DNA of 64,000 nucleotides, taken from contig OY821641.1 in NCBI GenBank assembly GCA_963555995.3, positions 1,568,001 through 1,632,000 of the forward strand. Reading direction: 5' to 3'. The position numbers and the translations under genes were made by a program. Below the pieces are notes generated by a model that searched no databases, had not been told where the DNA came from, and saw only the letters and a list, made by a program, of their open reading frames with translations. This stretch comes from Vicinamibacteria bacterium. Lineage in GTDB: Bacteria > Acidobacteriota > Vicinamibacteria > Marinacidobacterales > Marinacidobacteraceae. Positions 12,306 to 23,300 of this stretch are shown here, piece after piece. Each line of letters opens with the position of its first letter. Position 1 is the stretch's first letter.

Positions 12306-12350
12306 TTAACTGGCCGCAAGGACTCCGGCCCCCGCGGGAGCGGGCGCCGC

Positions 12351-12845
12351 TCACCGGGTCCAGGCGGTGAACTCGCGAATCTGCCACCGGGGGGGCGAAC
12401 CGGCCGCCGGCTCGGCCGCGACCCGTTCCAGACCGATCCGAAAGGACTCCACCACGTAGCGGTCGGTGCCGGTGGCCATGCTGGTCCACTCGGGAACGAA
12501 CAGGACGTAGCCGCCGTCCGCGGAGCGGCGGATGGAGGGCGGCCGCTCCTGGTAGCCGATCGGCGTGCGGTTCCGGAAGAACCGTTCCAGCCCGCGTCGC
12601 AGTTCATCCCCGGAAGCGCTGCGGCGGGTTTCCCCGGCGAGCGCCACGAGCGCCCAACCCGACGGATAGAGACCCTCGAGATGGCCGGCGTCGGACTCTT
12701 CGAACGCAAGCCGGAACCGCCCGAGAATCGCTTCGAGATCGTCCGGAGGCGGTGGGGCGGGAGCGCACATCGCGCACGCGACGATCGTCGCGGCAAGCAA
12801 CCGGACGATCCGGGGTGCGCCCCGTGTCCCGCGGTTGACGCTCAT
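12351..12845 (-). CDS. Hypothetical exported protein (possibly NTF2/SnoaL-like fold)
   Basis: ATG overlaps the kinase stop; signal-peptide-like N-terminus; fold is inference only. Confidence 0.55.
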   Translation of the reverse strand: MSVNRGTRGAPRIVRLLAATIVACAMCAPAPPPPDDLEAILGRFRLAFEESDAGHLEGLYPSGWALVALAGETRRSASGDELRRGLERFFRNRTPIGYQERPPSIRRSADGGYVLFVPEWTSMATGTDRYVVESFRIGLERVAAEPAAGSPPRWQIREFTAWTR

Positions 12846-15800
12846 CCCGCCTCCTTCTCGCGCGGGCCGTCCACCGGAAGCTCCACGACCAGGAGCAGGC
12901 CGGACCGGCGCTCGGCGCGGGCGCGGGCGCTGACTTGCCCCCCGTGGGCCTCGGTGAAGCGGCGGGCGTTCGCGAGCCCGAGCCCCGATCCCCGGGTCCT
13001 GGTGGAGAAGGCGGCGTCGAAGATCCGTTCGCGGAGTCCCTTCGGGACGCCGGGGCCGTTGTCCTCCACCTCGATGCGGATCCATCGGTCCCGGCGAACC
13101 GGGCGCACCCGCACCGAGACCTCCGCCTCCTCCGGCGGGATCTCGGGAAAGTCGAGGGTGGCCTCGAGCGCGTTCTGCAGGAGGTTCTCGACGATCCGCG
13201 CCACGATCTCGGGATCAACCCGCGCCGCCGGGGTCGGTGAGCCCTGGAAACGGACCCGCGGCCGCGCGTGGGGGCGCCGATACGGGCCGACGGTGTCCTC
13301 GACCAGCTTCGTCACGTCGGTTTCCCGGAGCCGAAGCGGGGCTCCGAGAGCGGAAAACTCCGAAGAGATGCGCCGGAGACGCTCCACCTGATCGAGGATT
13401 TCGGAGACGCCTTCATCCACCGCCGCCTGCGGGTCCCGGCCGCGGGGTTCCCTGAACACCCGCCGGATGTAGTCCGCCGCCAGTCCGATCGGGGCGAGGG
13501 CGTTCTTGACGTCGTGGGCGACGCGTCTTGCCAGATCGGCCGCCGCCTCCTCGCGCATCTGCCGGCGGACATCGGGAATCCGCCGCACCAGCCGTTCCAC
13601 GCTGGCCGCGAGCAGGCGCAGTTCGGTCAGCGTGCCGTGCACGGGCACCCGGGCCTGGAGATCGCCATCGGCAATCCGGCCGGTCGCGCGCGCCAGCCCC
13701 CGCACCGGGGCGGCCAGGCGCCGCGCGACCAGCGCGGGCAGCACGATCGCGAAGATCAGCGCCAGCGACCCGCTCCCGAGAATGAGGGTCCGCTGGATGG
13801 CCCGGACGCTCTCGAGGCGGGCGGCCTCGTCCGCCGGCAGCGGGACGGCGAGAAGCAGGGGGCCGTGCAGGCGGGCGGGGGTGTCGAGGTGGATCCAGAC
13901 GATCCGATACCGGAGCGGGCCGGCGTCCTGGATGCTCAGGAACGGATCGGGTGAGGCGGTGGGCAGGATCGCCGCGGGCGGAGGTCGTGGCGGGAGGAGT
14001 CCCGTCTGCGCCAGTTCGGGACGGCTGACCGCAACCAGTTCCCCGCCGTTGTAGAGCGCGGCATCGGTATCGAGCTGGTCGGCCGCCTGGGCGAGGCGCA
14101 GGGCGAGTTCCTCCCGCGGAATGAGCGGATCGAGGGCGGCGAGTTCCTGCGCCACGCGCCGCACCGAAAACGACCGGGAGACGGCTTCCCGGTCGCTGGC
14201 GGACTCGAGGAGGACGCCGAGGCGCTGCTGCGCGAAGACCGCGACGCCCAGCATCGCGATGAGGACGGCCGCGGCGAGCGCCTCCGTCAACTGCATCTGG
14301 AAACTCCGCCTCCGGAACCGGCCCTCCCGATGCGGGAAGACGAGGCGGGCGCGCGCGGCGACCGCGACCAGCAGTGCGATCAGGGCGGCCAGGAAGCCCC
14401 AGCCGAGCAGCGCGCCGGCGTGGTCGGCGAGTCCGGTCCGCCGCCAGGAGACGACGAAGGGCTCGCCATGTACCAGGACACCGAGCTCGACCCGCCGTTC
14501 GCCGCGTTCCGGGGGCAGGGAAGAGCGGCGGCTGAGCCGGAGGTCTCTGCCGCGAAACACGGCGGGGGCCGCGTCGCCGCGCAACAGGAAGTGATCCGCG
14601 ATCCCCGCGGCCCGGGGCAGGAAGGGAATCTCCGACGCCCGGTCGGCGACCCGGAGGGTCACGCTGGCCCCCGAAGGGAACTGGCGCTCGGTCTCCAGGA
14701 CGGCCTCGATGCCGGAGGCCGCCTCGCATTCGGGGATGGGACTCCAGCGAGGGGGGGAGGGAGCGGAGGACGGAGGATCGGGCCGCCGGGGCAGGCCCAC
14801 CCCGAAGCGGGAGCGCTCACCACCGGGTCCCCGAACCTCCAGCGCGCTCGCCACCGTCAACCGGGGCAGCCCGGTCGAGAGCCACAGCCGGTAGGCGCTG
14901 TCCGGACGAAGTTGCGCGAGGGAAGCGGCTTCGCCGTCGAGCGTGCGCGTCGCTTCCTCCAGCGCGTGGCAGACCGCGAAGCGGTGTCTCAGGGCCTGGA
15001 GCGGGGCTGCGTCCGCCGCGTAGCGCTGCCGGACGTTGTCCTCGTGCCACGCCATCGCCGGGTAGAGAAGGACCCCCGGGACGGCGAAGAGCAGGAAGGC
15101 CACGAGGAAGGAGAAGCCGGGCTCATGGGCGACGAGCGGTTGCCGGAGGTGCCTGAGGGACAGCCGTCCGCGGCGCCAGAAAACCACCGAGGCGCCGGCC
15201 AGCAAGGGAAGCCCGGCAAACAGGAAGGAACCGCCCGGCAGGAATGCGACCGAAACGGCAACGACCGCGGCGGCGGTCACCAGTACCGGAACTTCCAGCC
15301 GGAGGAGACTCTGGAGGAGGAGCAGGAGTCCGGCGAGGGCGAGAAGCAGGGCGGCCCAGCCGAGGACTTCCGGCCACCGGGTATGGAGCGTCCAGGTCGG
15401 GGTGAGCGGCGCGCCGCCCGAGAACCCGGCGCTGCGGACGAGGGCGGCGGCCAGGACCGCCGCTCCGCCGGCGCCGAGGCCGCGCAGCAGGGCATGGATC
15501 CCTCCCGGTGTCCTGCTGCCGGAGCCGGGGCGGAGCCGGATGGCGACGATACGCGCCGAAGCCAGCACGGCTGCCGCGGTGACGACCGCCATGAGCGGCG
15601 AGTCGCCCAGCACCGGCAGCAGGGGCGCGTCCGAGAGGAAAGCCGGAAGCGCGGCGCCGGGTCCCGACGGGAGGGTTCCGAGCAGCGCGGCGAAACCGAA
15701 GGTCAGCGTCCAGATCGCCCCCAGCGTACCGAGGTCTCCGGAGCGCCGGAGAGCGGGAAGAGCGGCCAGGATGCCGAGCAGGAGCGCCAGGGTCGCGTAG

Positions 15801-16786
15801 AGCGCGGCCTCGGCTTCGCGTTCCGCGCGGCGCGCGGCCGCCGGGGCCACGGCAGTGCTGGCGGCGCCGAGCAACTGACCGTCGTAGGCCCGGAGGGCGA
15901 AGTAGTAGCGCTGCGCATCCCCGGCGCCGTCCACGAAACGGTCGCCGCGGCGCTCGAAGAGCTGCGCCAGCGCCGCGAGGTCGGCGGCGCCATCCACGAA
16001 CTGCGTCTCGATCCCTCGTCCGGCGGCGAACTCGAGCGCCGAGAGCGGGGCGGCGCCCGAGGAGGGGGGGGACGCCTCCCGGACGGGCACCTCCACGGTG
16101 ACCACCCCGAGCAGGTTCCGGGTGCATTCGGCGGCGGCCAGGTAGCCGCGCCGACCCCCCTCGCTGTACACGAAGAGCGGAAACGCCGGATCGGGGCAGC
16201 GCTCTTCGCGGACTCCGTCGGGGAACACCCCGGAGAGGGCGGCTTCGAAGTCCGGGTTGCCTCCCGACCACGCCACCGGACGCAACTGCCGGTCGTAGAG
16301 GGTCGCGCCACCGTCGCCGATCCCGGTTCCAGGGAGCGCCCACTCGGAGAGCGCGCGGAAGGCGCGGGCCTCCGTGCCGCCCGCATCCGAGCCTTCCAGC
16401 GCGGCGGCCACCGGCGCCGTCCGCGCGACCAGGTAAGCGGCATCCCCCACCTCCCGGGTGAGGTCGGCGAGAAAGGCGTCCACCCGGTCCGCCGCCCGGG
16501 AAGCGGACTCCGGGCCCGCGGTGATCGTCCGGCTGAGCGGAAGGCGGCACGAAAGCGCCACCAGGGCGGCGGCAGCCAGGCTCAGGGCAATTCGCCGGCT
16601 GCCGGGAGGCAGGAGGTCACGCCGGACCAGGGCGAAGAGGAACAGCAGCGCGGTGGCTGCCGTCAGCGTGGTGTGGACGGCGCCCGGGAAGGCGGCGAAC
16701 CGGTTGGCGGCGTCGGCAAGGGCGGCCCCGAACGCCGCGAAGGCGCCAGCGACCAACAGGAGCGGCGGCAGACGATCGGTCTTCAT
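12842..16786 (-). CDS. Large multi-TM sensor histidine kinase with HAMP (NtrY-like transmitter)
   Basis: H-box ARRVAHDVKNAL, N-box NLLQNALEA, DNGPG, GSGLGL; ATG 16786; the ORF-track extension upstream runs through a MITE. Confidence 0.88.
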   Translation of the reverse strand: MKTDRLPPLLLVAGAFAAFGAALADAANRFAAFPGAVHTTLTAATALLFLFALVRRDLLPPGSRRIALSLAAAALVALSCRLPLSRTITAGPESASRAADRVDAFLADLTREVGDAAYLVARTAPVAAALEGSDAGGTEARAFRALSEWALPGTGIGDGGATLYDRQLRPVAWSGGNPDFEAALSGVFPDGVREERCPDPAFPLFVYSEGGRRGYLAAAECTRNLLGVVTVEVPVREASPPSSGAAPLSALEFAAGRGIETQFVDGAADLAALAQLFERRGDRFVDGAGDAQRYYFALRAYDGQLLGAASTAVAPAAARRAEREAEAALYATLALLLGILAALPALRRSGDLGTLGAIWTLTFGFAALLGTLPSGPGAALPAFLSDAPLLPVLGDSPLMAVVTAAAVLASARIVAIRLRPGSGSRTPGGIHALLRGLGAGGAAVLAAALVRSAGFSGGAPLTPTWTLHTRWPEVLGWAALLLALAGLLLLLQSLLRLEVPVLVTAAAVVAVSVAFLPGGSFLFAGLPLLAGASVVFWRRGRLSLRHLRQPLVAHEPGFSFLVAFLLFAVPGVLLYPAMAWHEDNVRQRYAADAAPLQALRHRFAVCHALEEATRTLDGEAASLAQLRPDSAYRLWLSTGLPRLTVASALEVRGPGGERSRFGVGLPRRPDPPSSAPSPPRWSPIPECEAASGIEAVLETERQFPSGASVTLRVADRASEIPFLPRAAGIADHFLLRGDAAPAVFRGRDLRLSRRSSLPPERGERRVELGVLVHGEPFVVSWRRTGLADHAGALLGWGFLAALIALLVAVAARARLVFPHREGRFRRRSFQMQLTEALAAAVLIAMLGVAVFAQQRLGVLLESASDREAVSRSFSVRRVAQELAALDPLIPREELALRLAQAADQLDTDAALYNGGELVAVSRPELAQTGLLPPRPPPAAILPTASPDPFLSIQDAGPLRYRIVWIHLDTPARLHGPLLLAVPLPADEAARLESVRAIQRTLILGSGSLALIFAIVLPALVARRLAAPVRGLARATGRIADGDLQARVPVHGTLTELRLLAASVERLVRRIPDVRRQMREEAAADLARRVAHDVKNALAPIGLAADYIRRVFREPRGRDPQAAVDEGVSEILDQVERLRRISSEFSALGAPLRLRETDVTKLVEDTVGPYRRPHARPRVRFQGSPTPAARVDPEIVARIVENLLQNALEATLDFPEIPPEEAEVSVRVRPVRRDRWIRIEVEDNGPGVPKGLRERIFDAAFSTRTRGSGLGLANARRFTEAHGGQVSARARAERRSGLLLVVELPVDGPREKEAG

Positions 16787-16792
16787 GCCTAG

Positions 16793-16971
16793 CAGCCTGT
16801 GGATGAAGTGACGTGAGCACCGAGAACGCCGGGGCGCCCGGCTGACAAGGCGCGTGAGGGAGGAATACCGAATGTATTCCGACCGAAACGCAACGCAGAG
16901 CGCCTCGTAGAGGCGCGGTTCAGGCGGGATGCATCGGCGTTCGAATGCCGCGTTACTTTGTCCACAGGCTG
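16793..16971 (-). mobile_element. 179-bp MITE copy B, CTAG target duplication
   Basis: Near-identical reverse complement of copy D; CTAG at 16789-16792 and 16972-16975. Confidence 0.88.
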
Positions 16972-17007
16972 CTAGGATGGCCGGCGGTCGGCAGTCTGCG
17001 GATCGCC

Positions 17008-17040
17008 ACTCGAACGCCGCGAGGGTCTTGCCACAGCCTG
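17008..17040 (-). mobile_element. Truncated end of another MITE copy
   Basis: ctcgaacgccgcgagggtcttgccacagcctg approximates the reverse complement of the first ~32 nt of copy A; followed by CTAG. Confidence 0.7.
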
Positions 17041-17055
17041 CTAGGGTAAAGGTTC

Positions 17056-18576
17056 GTGCGGCCCTCAAGCGGGAAAACCGGGTCCGCCCGGCGCCTCTGC
17101 CGCGCCGCGGCGTGGCTCGCGACCTTGTCGCTGCTGAACGCGGGCATCGCGCTGTCTCGGGAAGGTCCTCCGGGGGTGCGCTCGGCCGCTGCGGGTCCCC
17201 GGCAACCTCCCGGGCAACCGCCGGAACAGCCCCCCGAGGAACCGCCTGGCGAAGCGGAGGAGGCGGAAGCGCCGCCGGCGCCGGTCGAGGAGGTTGTTCC
17301 GGCCGGGGAAGCGCCGGCGGAGGAGACTCCCGCCGGGGAAACCGCCGACGAACCGGTGGAGGGCGCAGCCGGCGAGGCGGAAGGCGAGGAGCCCGAGGAC
17401 GAGGGAGCGGAGCCGGCGCGCCGGGCGCCGGAGGTCGTGACCGCACCGGTGGGAATCCTCCCCGGACGGCTGGTGGCGACCCCCGCCCCCGTTCCCGGAG
17501 GGGCGATCATCGGGATGGTCCTGGGAGCCGACGGATTCCTGCTCCAGACGGCCGGCGGCGACGTCGTCGCCTACGCGCCCGACGGGGAACGGACCCGCTG
17601 GGGCCTGACGGGAGTCGGCGCGGCGTTCGTCGCCGAGGATGCGGGCGCCGTGGTACTGCTCGGCGAGAACGGCGACGTGGTCGTGCGGCAGCGCGCCGAC
17701 GGGGCGCGGACGGGAGGGTTCTCGACCGGTTTCGCGCCGGATCGGGCAACCCCTGCCGGGTCGGTGCGTCGTCCGGCGCCCGCCGCGCTGGCGTCCGGGG
17801 TGCTCTACTGGGTCTCTTCGGGAACGCTCCGGGGATACCGGATCCCGGCGGGGGGCCTGGTGATGGAAACGAAGCTTCCGGAGGGCGAAGCGACGAGCGT
17901 CGTAGTGGCGCCGGCTCCCGCGGATGGCGCCGGGGAGGTCCCGCCGCTCCTCCTGGTTTCGCTCGGCAGCGGCGGCGTGGCCGCGGTGGAAGCGTCGCCG
18001 GGAACGACTTCCGCGAGGGTCCGCTGGCAGGTGGCGGGGGCCGGTCCGGTGACCGGCCCGGTCCTGCCGTTTCCGGAGGAACGCCTGGCGTTCTTCGGAG
18101 ACGAGGGCGGCGACCTCACCGCCGTGGATCTGGAATCCGGTCGCGAGCGTTGGCGATGGCGGCTCGCGGAAGGGTTCCACCATCCGCCGCTCCTGAGCCG
18201 CGGGCGGCTCTACGCGGCCACCAAGGCGAACAGCCTCTATTGCTTCGACGCGAAGCGGGGGGGCGAGCGCTGGCGCGCGGGGCTTCCCGGCCGGCCGGCG
18301 GCGCCCCCGCTGCGAATCGCCGGCGCCATCGTGGTCGTCACGCGGGACGGACTGCTCGTGGAGCTGAATGCGGAGACCGGCGCGCGGATCGGCCGGGCTC
18401 GCGACCTCGATGCCGAGGTTGTCGGGGTGGTGCACCGGTTGGGCGACGGCGCCCGCGAGGATGGATGGCGTGACCGGCGTCTCTTCCTGGGCCTCCGCGA
18501 TGGACGGCTGGCCGTCTTCGGCCCCCGGATCGGCGGCGAGGACCCTCGACCGGAACCGTCCGGCGAGGGCGGCTGA
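17056..18576 (+). CDS. PQQ-like beta-propeller repeat protein (BamB-like) with acidic Pro/Glu N-terminal linker
   Basis: Repeats such as AVDLESGRERWR, CFDAKRGGERWR, ELNAETG; signal-like N-terminus. Confidence 0.75.
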   Translation: MRPSSGKTGSARRLCRAAAWLATLSLLNAGIALSREGPPGVRSAAAGPRQPPGQPPEQPPEEPPGEAEEAEAPPAPVEEVVPAGEAPAEETPAGETADEPVEGAAGEAEGEEPEDEGAEPARRAPEVVTAPVGILPGRLVATPAPVPGGAIIGMVLGADGFLLQTAGGDVVAYAPDGERTRWGLTGVGAAFVAEDAGAVVLLGENGDVVVRQRADGARTGGFSTGFAPDRATPAGSVRRPAPAALASGVLYWVSSGTLRGYRIPAGGLVMETKLPEGEATSVVVAPAPADGAGEVPPLLLVSLGSGGVAAVEASPGTTSARVRWQVAGAGPVTGPVLPFPEERLAFFGDEGGDLTAVDLESGRERWRWRLAEGFHHPPLLSRGRLYAATKANSLYCFDAKRGGERWRAGLPGRPAAPPLRIAGAIVVVTRDGLLVELNAETGARIGRARDLDAEVVGVVHRLGDGAREDGWRDRRLFLGLRDGRLAVFGPRIGGEDPRPEPSGEGG

Positions 18577-18767
18577 CCCTGTTTTGGAGACGAAGAAGCG
18601 GCTTGGCGGCGGTCGCTGCCGCACCGTCGCGCCGCACCGGACCGGGCGCCGGAAACCATCTCCACGAGCGGGTCGTCGCGCTTACAATGCGGGTGGATGG
18701 CGCGACCCCTTCTGCGACCCGGAGAGGGGTTGACAACCGCCCGCCCGAAGAGGGGCCGCCGTCGCTG

Positions 18768-20309
18768 ATGGATCCCGCGGAGTCGCTCCTCGTCCTTGAT
18801 TTCGGCTCGCAGTACACGCAACTGATCGCCCGGCGGCTCCGGGAACTGGGGGTGTACTGCGAGATCCTGCCGTGCACGACGCCGAACCGGGAGATCTGGA
18901 GGCGCAATCCCATCGGCGTGGTCCTCTCCGGGGGGCCCGAGAGCGTCTATGGGGATGGCGCTCCGGCGGCTCCGGACGGAGTCCTCGCGCCGCCGGTCCC
19001 GGTGCTGGGCGTCTGTTACGGGATGCAGCTCCTGGCGCGCGGGAGCGGTGGCGACGTGCGTCCGGCGCCGCGCCGCTCGTACGGCCCGGCGAACCTCGAG
19101 CACGACGGGAACGGACGGCTCTTTCGGGGGGTGCCGGAACGGTTTCGGGCCTGGGCGAGCCACGGAGATCTCGTCCACGCCCTGCCGGAGGGGTTCCGCC
19201 GCACCGCGGGGACCGGGCAGGCGCGCATCGCCGCCTTCGAGAACCCGGGCCGCCGGCTCTACGGGGTGCAGTTCCATCCGGAGGTCGTGCACACCGAGCA
19301 CGGCGCCGACATCCTGAGGAACTTCGCGTTCGAGGTGTGCGGAGCCCGCGGCGGCTGGACGCCCCGCTCGCACGCGGAACGGACGATCGCCGCCATCCGG
19401 GCGCAGGTGGGCGAGGGGCAGGTGGTCTGCGGCGCCTCCGGCGGGGTGGATTCGACGGTCACCGCCATGCTGGTCCACCGGGCGATCGGAGACCGCCTGC
19501 ACTGCATCTTCGTGGACAACGGCGTGCTTCGGAAGGACGAGGCCGCGCGGGTCCGGTCCTCGTTCGAGGAAGGTCTGGGGATCCCGCTCCAGGTCGTGGA
19601 CGCCGCCGACCGCTTCCTTGCCCGACTGAAGGGGGTGCGCAGTCCCGAACGGAAACGGAAGATCATCGGGCGCGAGTTCATCCGGGTCTTCGAAGAGGCG
19701 TCGCGGGACATCCCGGACGTGCGTTTCCTCGCGCAGGGGACGCTCTATCCCGATGTCATCGAGAGCGTCTCGGTGAAGGGGCCTTCGGCGGTGATCAAGA
19801 GCCACCACAACGTGGGCGGCCTGCCGAAGCGCATGCGGCTCGAACTCATCGAACCGCTCCGCGAACTCTTCAAGGACGAGGTCCGGGTGCTGGGACGGCA
19901 GTTGGGAGCGCCCGAGGGGCTCGTGAACCGGCATCCCTTCCCGGGCCCCGGCCTGGCGGTTCGGATGCTGGGCGCCGTCGAGGAATCCGGGCTCGAGGTC
20001 CTGCGCGAGGCGGACGCGATCCTCGAGGAGGAGATCCGGTCCGCCGGCTGCTACGACAGCATCTGGCAGGCGTTCGTGGTGCTCCTGCCGCTGCGCACCG
20101 TCGGCGTCATGGGAGACGCCCGGACGTACGAACGGGTCGCGGTCATCCGGGCGGTGGAGAGCCGCGACGGGATGACCGCGGACTGGGCGGCGCTGCCCCA
20201 CGAGCTGCTGGTGCGGGTCTCGAACCGCATCACCGGCGAAGTGCGGGGCGTGAACCGGGTGGTCCTCGACATCACCTCCAAACCCCCCGGCACGATCGAG
20301 TGGGAGTGA
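18768..20309 (+). CDS. guaA: GMP synthase (glutamine-hydrolysing)
   Basis: LDFGSQYTQLIARR, GVCYGMQ, QFHPEV, SGGVDS, IKSHHNVGGLP, KPPGTIEWE. Confidence 0.97.
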   Translation: MDPAESLLVLDFGSQYTQLIARRLRELGVYCEILPCTTPNREIWRRNPIGVVLSGGPESVYGDGAPAAPDGVLAPPVPVLGVCYGMQLLARGSGGDVRPAPRRSYGPANLEHDGNGRLFRGVPERFRAWASHGDLVHALPEGFRRTAGTGQARIAAFENPGRRLYGVQFHPEVVHTEHGADILRNFAFEVCGARGGWTPRSHAERTIAAIRAQVGEGQVVCGASGGVDSTVTAMLVHRAIGDRLHCIFVDNGVLRKDEAARVRSSFEEGLGIPLQVVDAADRFLARLKGVRSPERKRKIIGREFIRVFEEASRDIPDVRFLAQGTLYPDVIESVSVKGPSAVIKSHHNVGGLPKRMRLELIEPLRELFKDEVRVLGRQLGAPEGLVNRHPFPGPGLAVRMLGAVEESGLEVLREADAILEEEIRSAGCYDSIWQAFVVLLPLRTVGVMGDARTYERVAVIRAVESRDGMTADWAALPHELLVRVSNRITGEVRGVNRVVLDITSKPPGTIEWE

Positions 20310-20316
20310 GGCTCCC

Positions 20317-23300
20317 TTGAGCGGCGCCGCTTCCGGGGCCGTGGGGAACCGTCCCTTCGTCCACCTCCACACCCACACCGAGTACTCGCTGCTGGACGGG
20401 ATGAGCCGGCTCTCCGATGTCGTCGGACGGGCGGCGCGCGAGGGGATGCCGGCGGTGGCGATCACGGACCACGGAAACCTCATCGGCGCCCTCAAATTCC
20501 ACGAGGCAGCCCGCGAGGTCGGCGTGAAGCCCATCCTCGGGTGCGAGGCCTACGTCGCGCCGGGAAGCCGGCGCGAGCAGAACCCCGATTCGGAAAACCA
20601 GCACCTGGTGCTGCTCGCGAAGAACCGGACCGGCTTCCGGAACCTCATGCGGCTCAGCTCGATCGCCTACTCCGAGGGGTTCTACTTCAAACCGCGGATG
20701 GACTTCGAGCTCCTGGCGGAGCACCACGAGGGCCTGATCGCGCTGTCGGCGTGTCCCAAGGGGATCGTGCCCCGCGAAGTGGTCACCGGCGGCGATCCGG
20801 TCGAGTGGGCCGGCCGCTACCAGGAGGTCTTCGGCAAGGACAACTACTACCTCGAGATCATGGATCACACCCCGCCGGGCGGGGCCACTCCGGAAGGCGC
20901 CCGGCTCTCCGACCTGGAGCTGAGGATTCGCAGCGGGGTGGTCGAGGTCGCCCGGAAGACCGGGATTCCGCTCGTGGGCACGAACGACTCGCACTATGCC
21001 TCGGCCCGGGATGCGGATGCCCACGACCTGCGCCTGTGCATCAGCACGAACCGGCCGGTCAAGGACCCCCGGCGGCTGAAGTTCCATTCCGACCAGTTCT
21101 TCTTCAAGACCTCCAGGCAGATGGAAGCGGTGTTCGAGGACTGCCCGGAGGCGTACCGCAACACGCTCGAGATCGCCGGGCGGATCGAGGACTTCGAACT
21201 GGTGGACGAACGGAGTCTGCTGCCCGATTTCGAGGTGCCCGCGGGGACGACGCTGGACGCGCACTTCGAGGAAAGCGCCCGCAGCGGCCTCGCCCGGCGC
21301 CTCGACTCGCCGGAAGTGCATGGCGCGCGGCCGCCGCGCGGCGACTACGAGGACCGGCTCGGCGTGGAGCTGGACGTGATCCGGCAGACCGGCTACTCCG
21401 CCTATTTCCTCATCGTGCAGGACTTCGTGCGCTTCGCCCAGGACCGCGGGATCCCGGTGGGCCCGGGGCGGGGTTCCGCGGCCGGCAGCCTCGTCGCCTA
21501 CGCCCTCGGCATCACCGACATTGACCCGCTCCCGCACGGCCTGCTCTTCGAGCGGTTCCTCAATTCCGAACGGATCAGCCCGCCCGACATTGACGTGGAT
21601 TTCTGCGAGGTCCGGCGGGAGGAAGTGCTCGACTACGTCACGGAGACCTACGGCAGCGACCGGGTGGCGCAGATCATGACGCTCGGGACCATGCAGGCCA
21701 AGCTGGTGGTCCGCGACGTGGGCCGGATGCTGGAGTTGCCGCCGCCCCAGGTGGACCGGCTGGCGAAGCTGATCCCGGAGCGCATGAGCCTCGCGCAGGC
21801 GCTGGAGAGCGTCTCGGAGCTTCGGGAAGCGCGCCGGAACCCGGACTTCGACCGTCTCTTCGGACTCGCGGAAAGGCTCGAGGGGCTGCCGCGCAGCGTC
21901 GGGACCCACGCCGCCGGGGTGGTCATCGCCCCGGGGCCGCTCGAGGAGATTCTGCCGCTCTACCGCGACGTGGAAACGAAACGCCTCGATTCCGGCGGGG
22001 GCGCGGCGTCCGGGCAGGGGGTGATCGTGCGCCGCCGCACGCAGTGGGACATGAAGGACTGCGAGCGCGCCGGACTCTTCAAGATGGATTTCCTCGGGCT
22101 CCGGAACCTCACCCAGATCGAGGATTGCGCCCGCCGGGTGCAGGAGGATCCGAACACGGCCCGCACCGCCGGGGAAGGGGAGGCGCTCGCCCTCATCCGC
22201 GCCGGGCGCTTCGAAAAGGTGCCGCCGGATCCCGAGACCTTCCGGCTGTTCGCCCGGGCGGACACCGACGGGATCTTTCAGTTCGAGAGTCCCGGGATGC
22301 GCGATCTGCTGTCCCGGTACAAACCCGAAAACCTGGATGACCTCGCGGCCATGAACGCGCTCTACCGGCCCGGCCCGCTGGAGAGCGGGATGGCGGACGA
22401 CTTCGTGGCCGCGAAGGCCAACGGCCGGCTCTCCGACAAACTGGATCCGCGCGTGCGCAACCTCGTCCCGGAGACGCGGGGCCTGATCGTGTATCAGGAG
22501 CAGGTGATGCTGGTGGCGCAGAAGCTCGCCGGTTTCTCGTTGAACCGGGCGGACGGCCTGCGGAAGGCGATGGGGAAGAAGGACCCCGAGGCGATGGCCC
22601 GGGAAGAGGGGGGGTTTGTCGAGGGAGCGGTCGCCGGGGGGCTTTCCCGCCGGGTCGCGCAGGAGACCTTCCAGCAGATCGCCAAGTTCGCCGGGTACGG
22701 ATTCAACCGCTCCCACGCCGTCGGCTACGCGCTCGTCGCCTACGTGGCGGGTTGGCTCAAGACCCATTTTCCCCTGCACTTCATCGCGTCGCTGCTGACC
22801 GCGCAACACCGGGCGGGCGACAAGGACGAGCGGATCGCGCGGATCCGGCAGGGCGCCCTGGCGCGGGGAGTCGAGGTGCTGCCCGCGGACATTCAGCACA
22901 GCGGGGCCGAGGCGCTGGTGGAAGGCGGCGGCGTCCGCTACGGCCTCGGGGCGATTAAGCAGGTGGGTGATCGCGCCGCGCGGGAAATCGAACGGGCCCG
23001 GCGTGAATGCGGCCGGTTCGACTCGCTTCGCCATTTCCTCGAGGCGGTGGAACCGAAGTCGCTCAACCGCGCCGTCGTGGAGTCGCTCGCCTGCGCCGGA
23101 GCGCTCGATTTTCTCGGCGTGCCGCGCTCCCGGATCCTTCCCGCGATCCCGGACGCCCTGGACGCGGCGAACCGGGCGCGCGGCCGGCAGGAGGCCGGAG
23201 TCCAGTCGCTCTTCGGGGGCGGGTCCGAACCTCCCGTGGACGTCTTTCCCGAGGCGCCCGCCTGGAGCGATGCGGAGCGGTTGCGGCGCGAGCGCGAGGC

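Noticed and set aside
17200-17420. Pro/Glu/Ala-rich repeats here and in TolA and the PEGA protein
   Set aside because: Ordinary periplasmic linkers, not DNA-level repeat systems
16787-17446. 220-aa N-terminal extension of the histidine kinase in the ORF track
   Set aside because: It runs through MITE DNA and antisense to the neighbouring gene; ATG 16786 is the more plausible start
18683-18767. Possible purine riboswitch in the guaA leader (TACAAT at 18683, stem about 18704-18731)
   Set aside because: Only one modest hairpin, without the three-way junction or conserved purine-aptamer nucleotides
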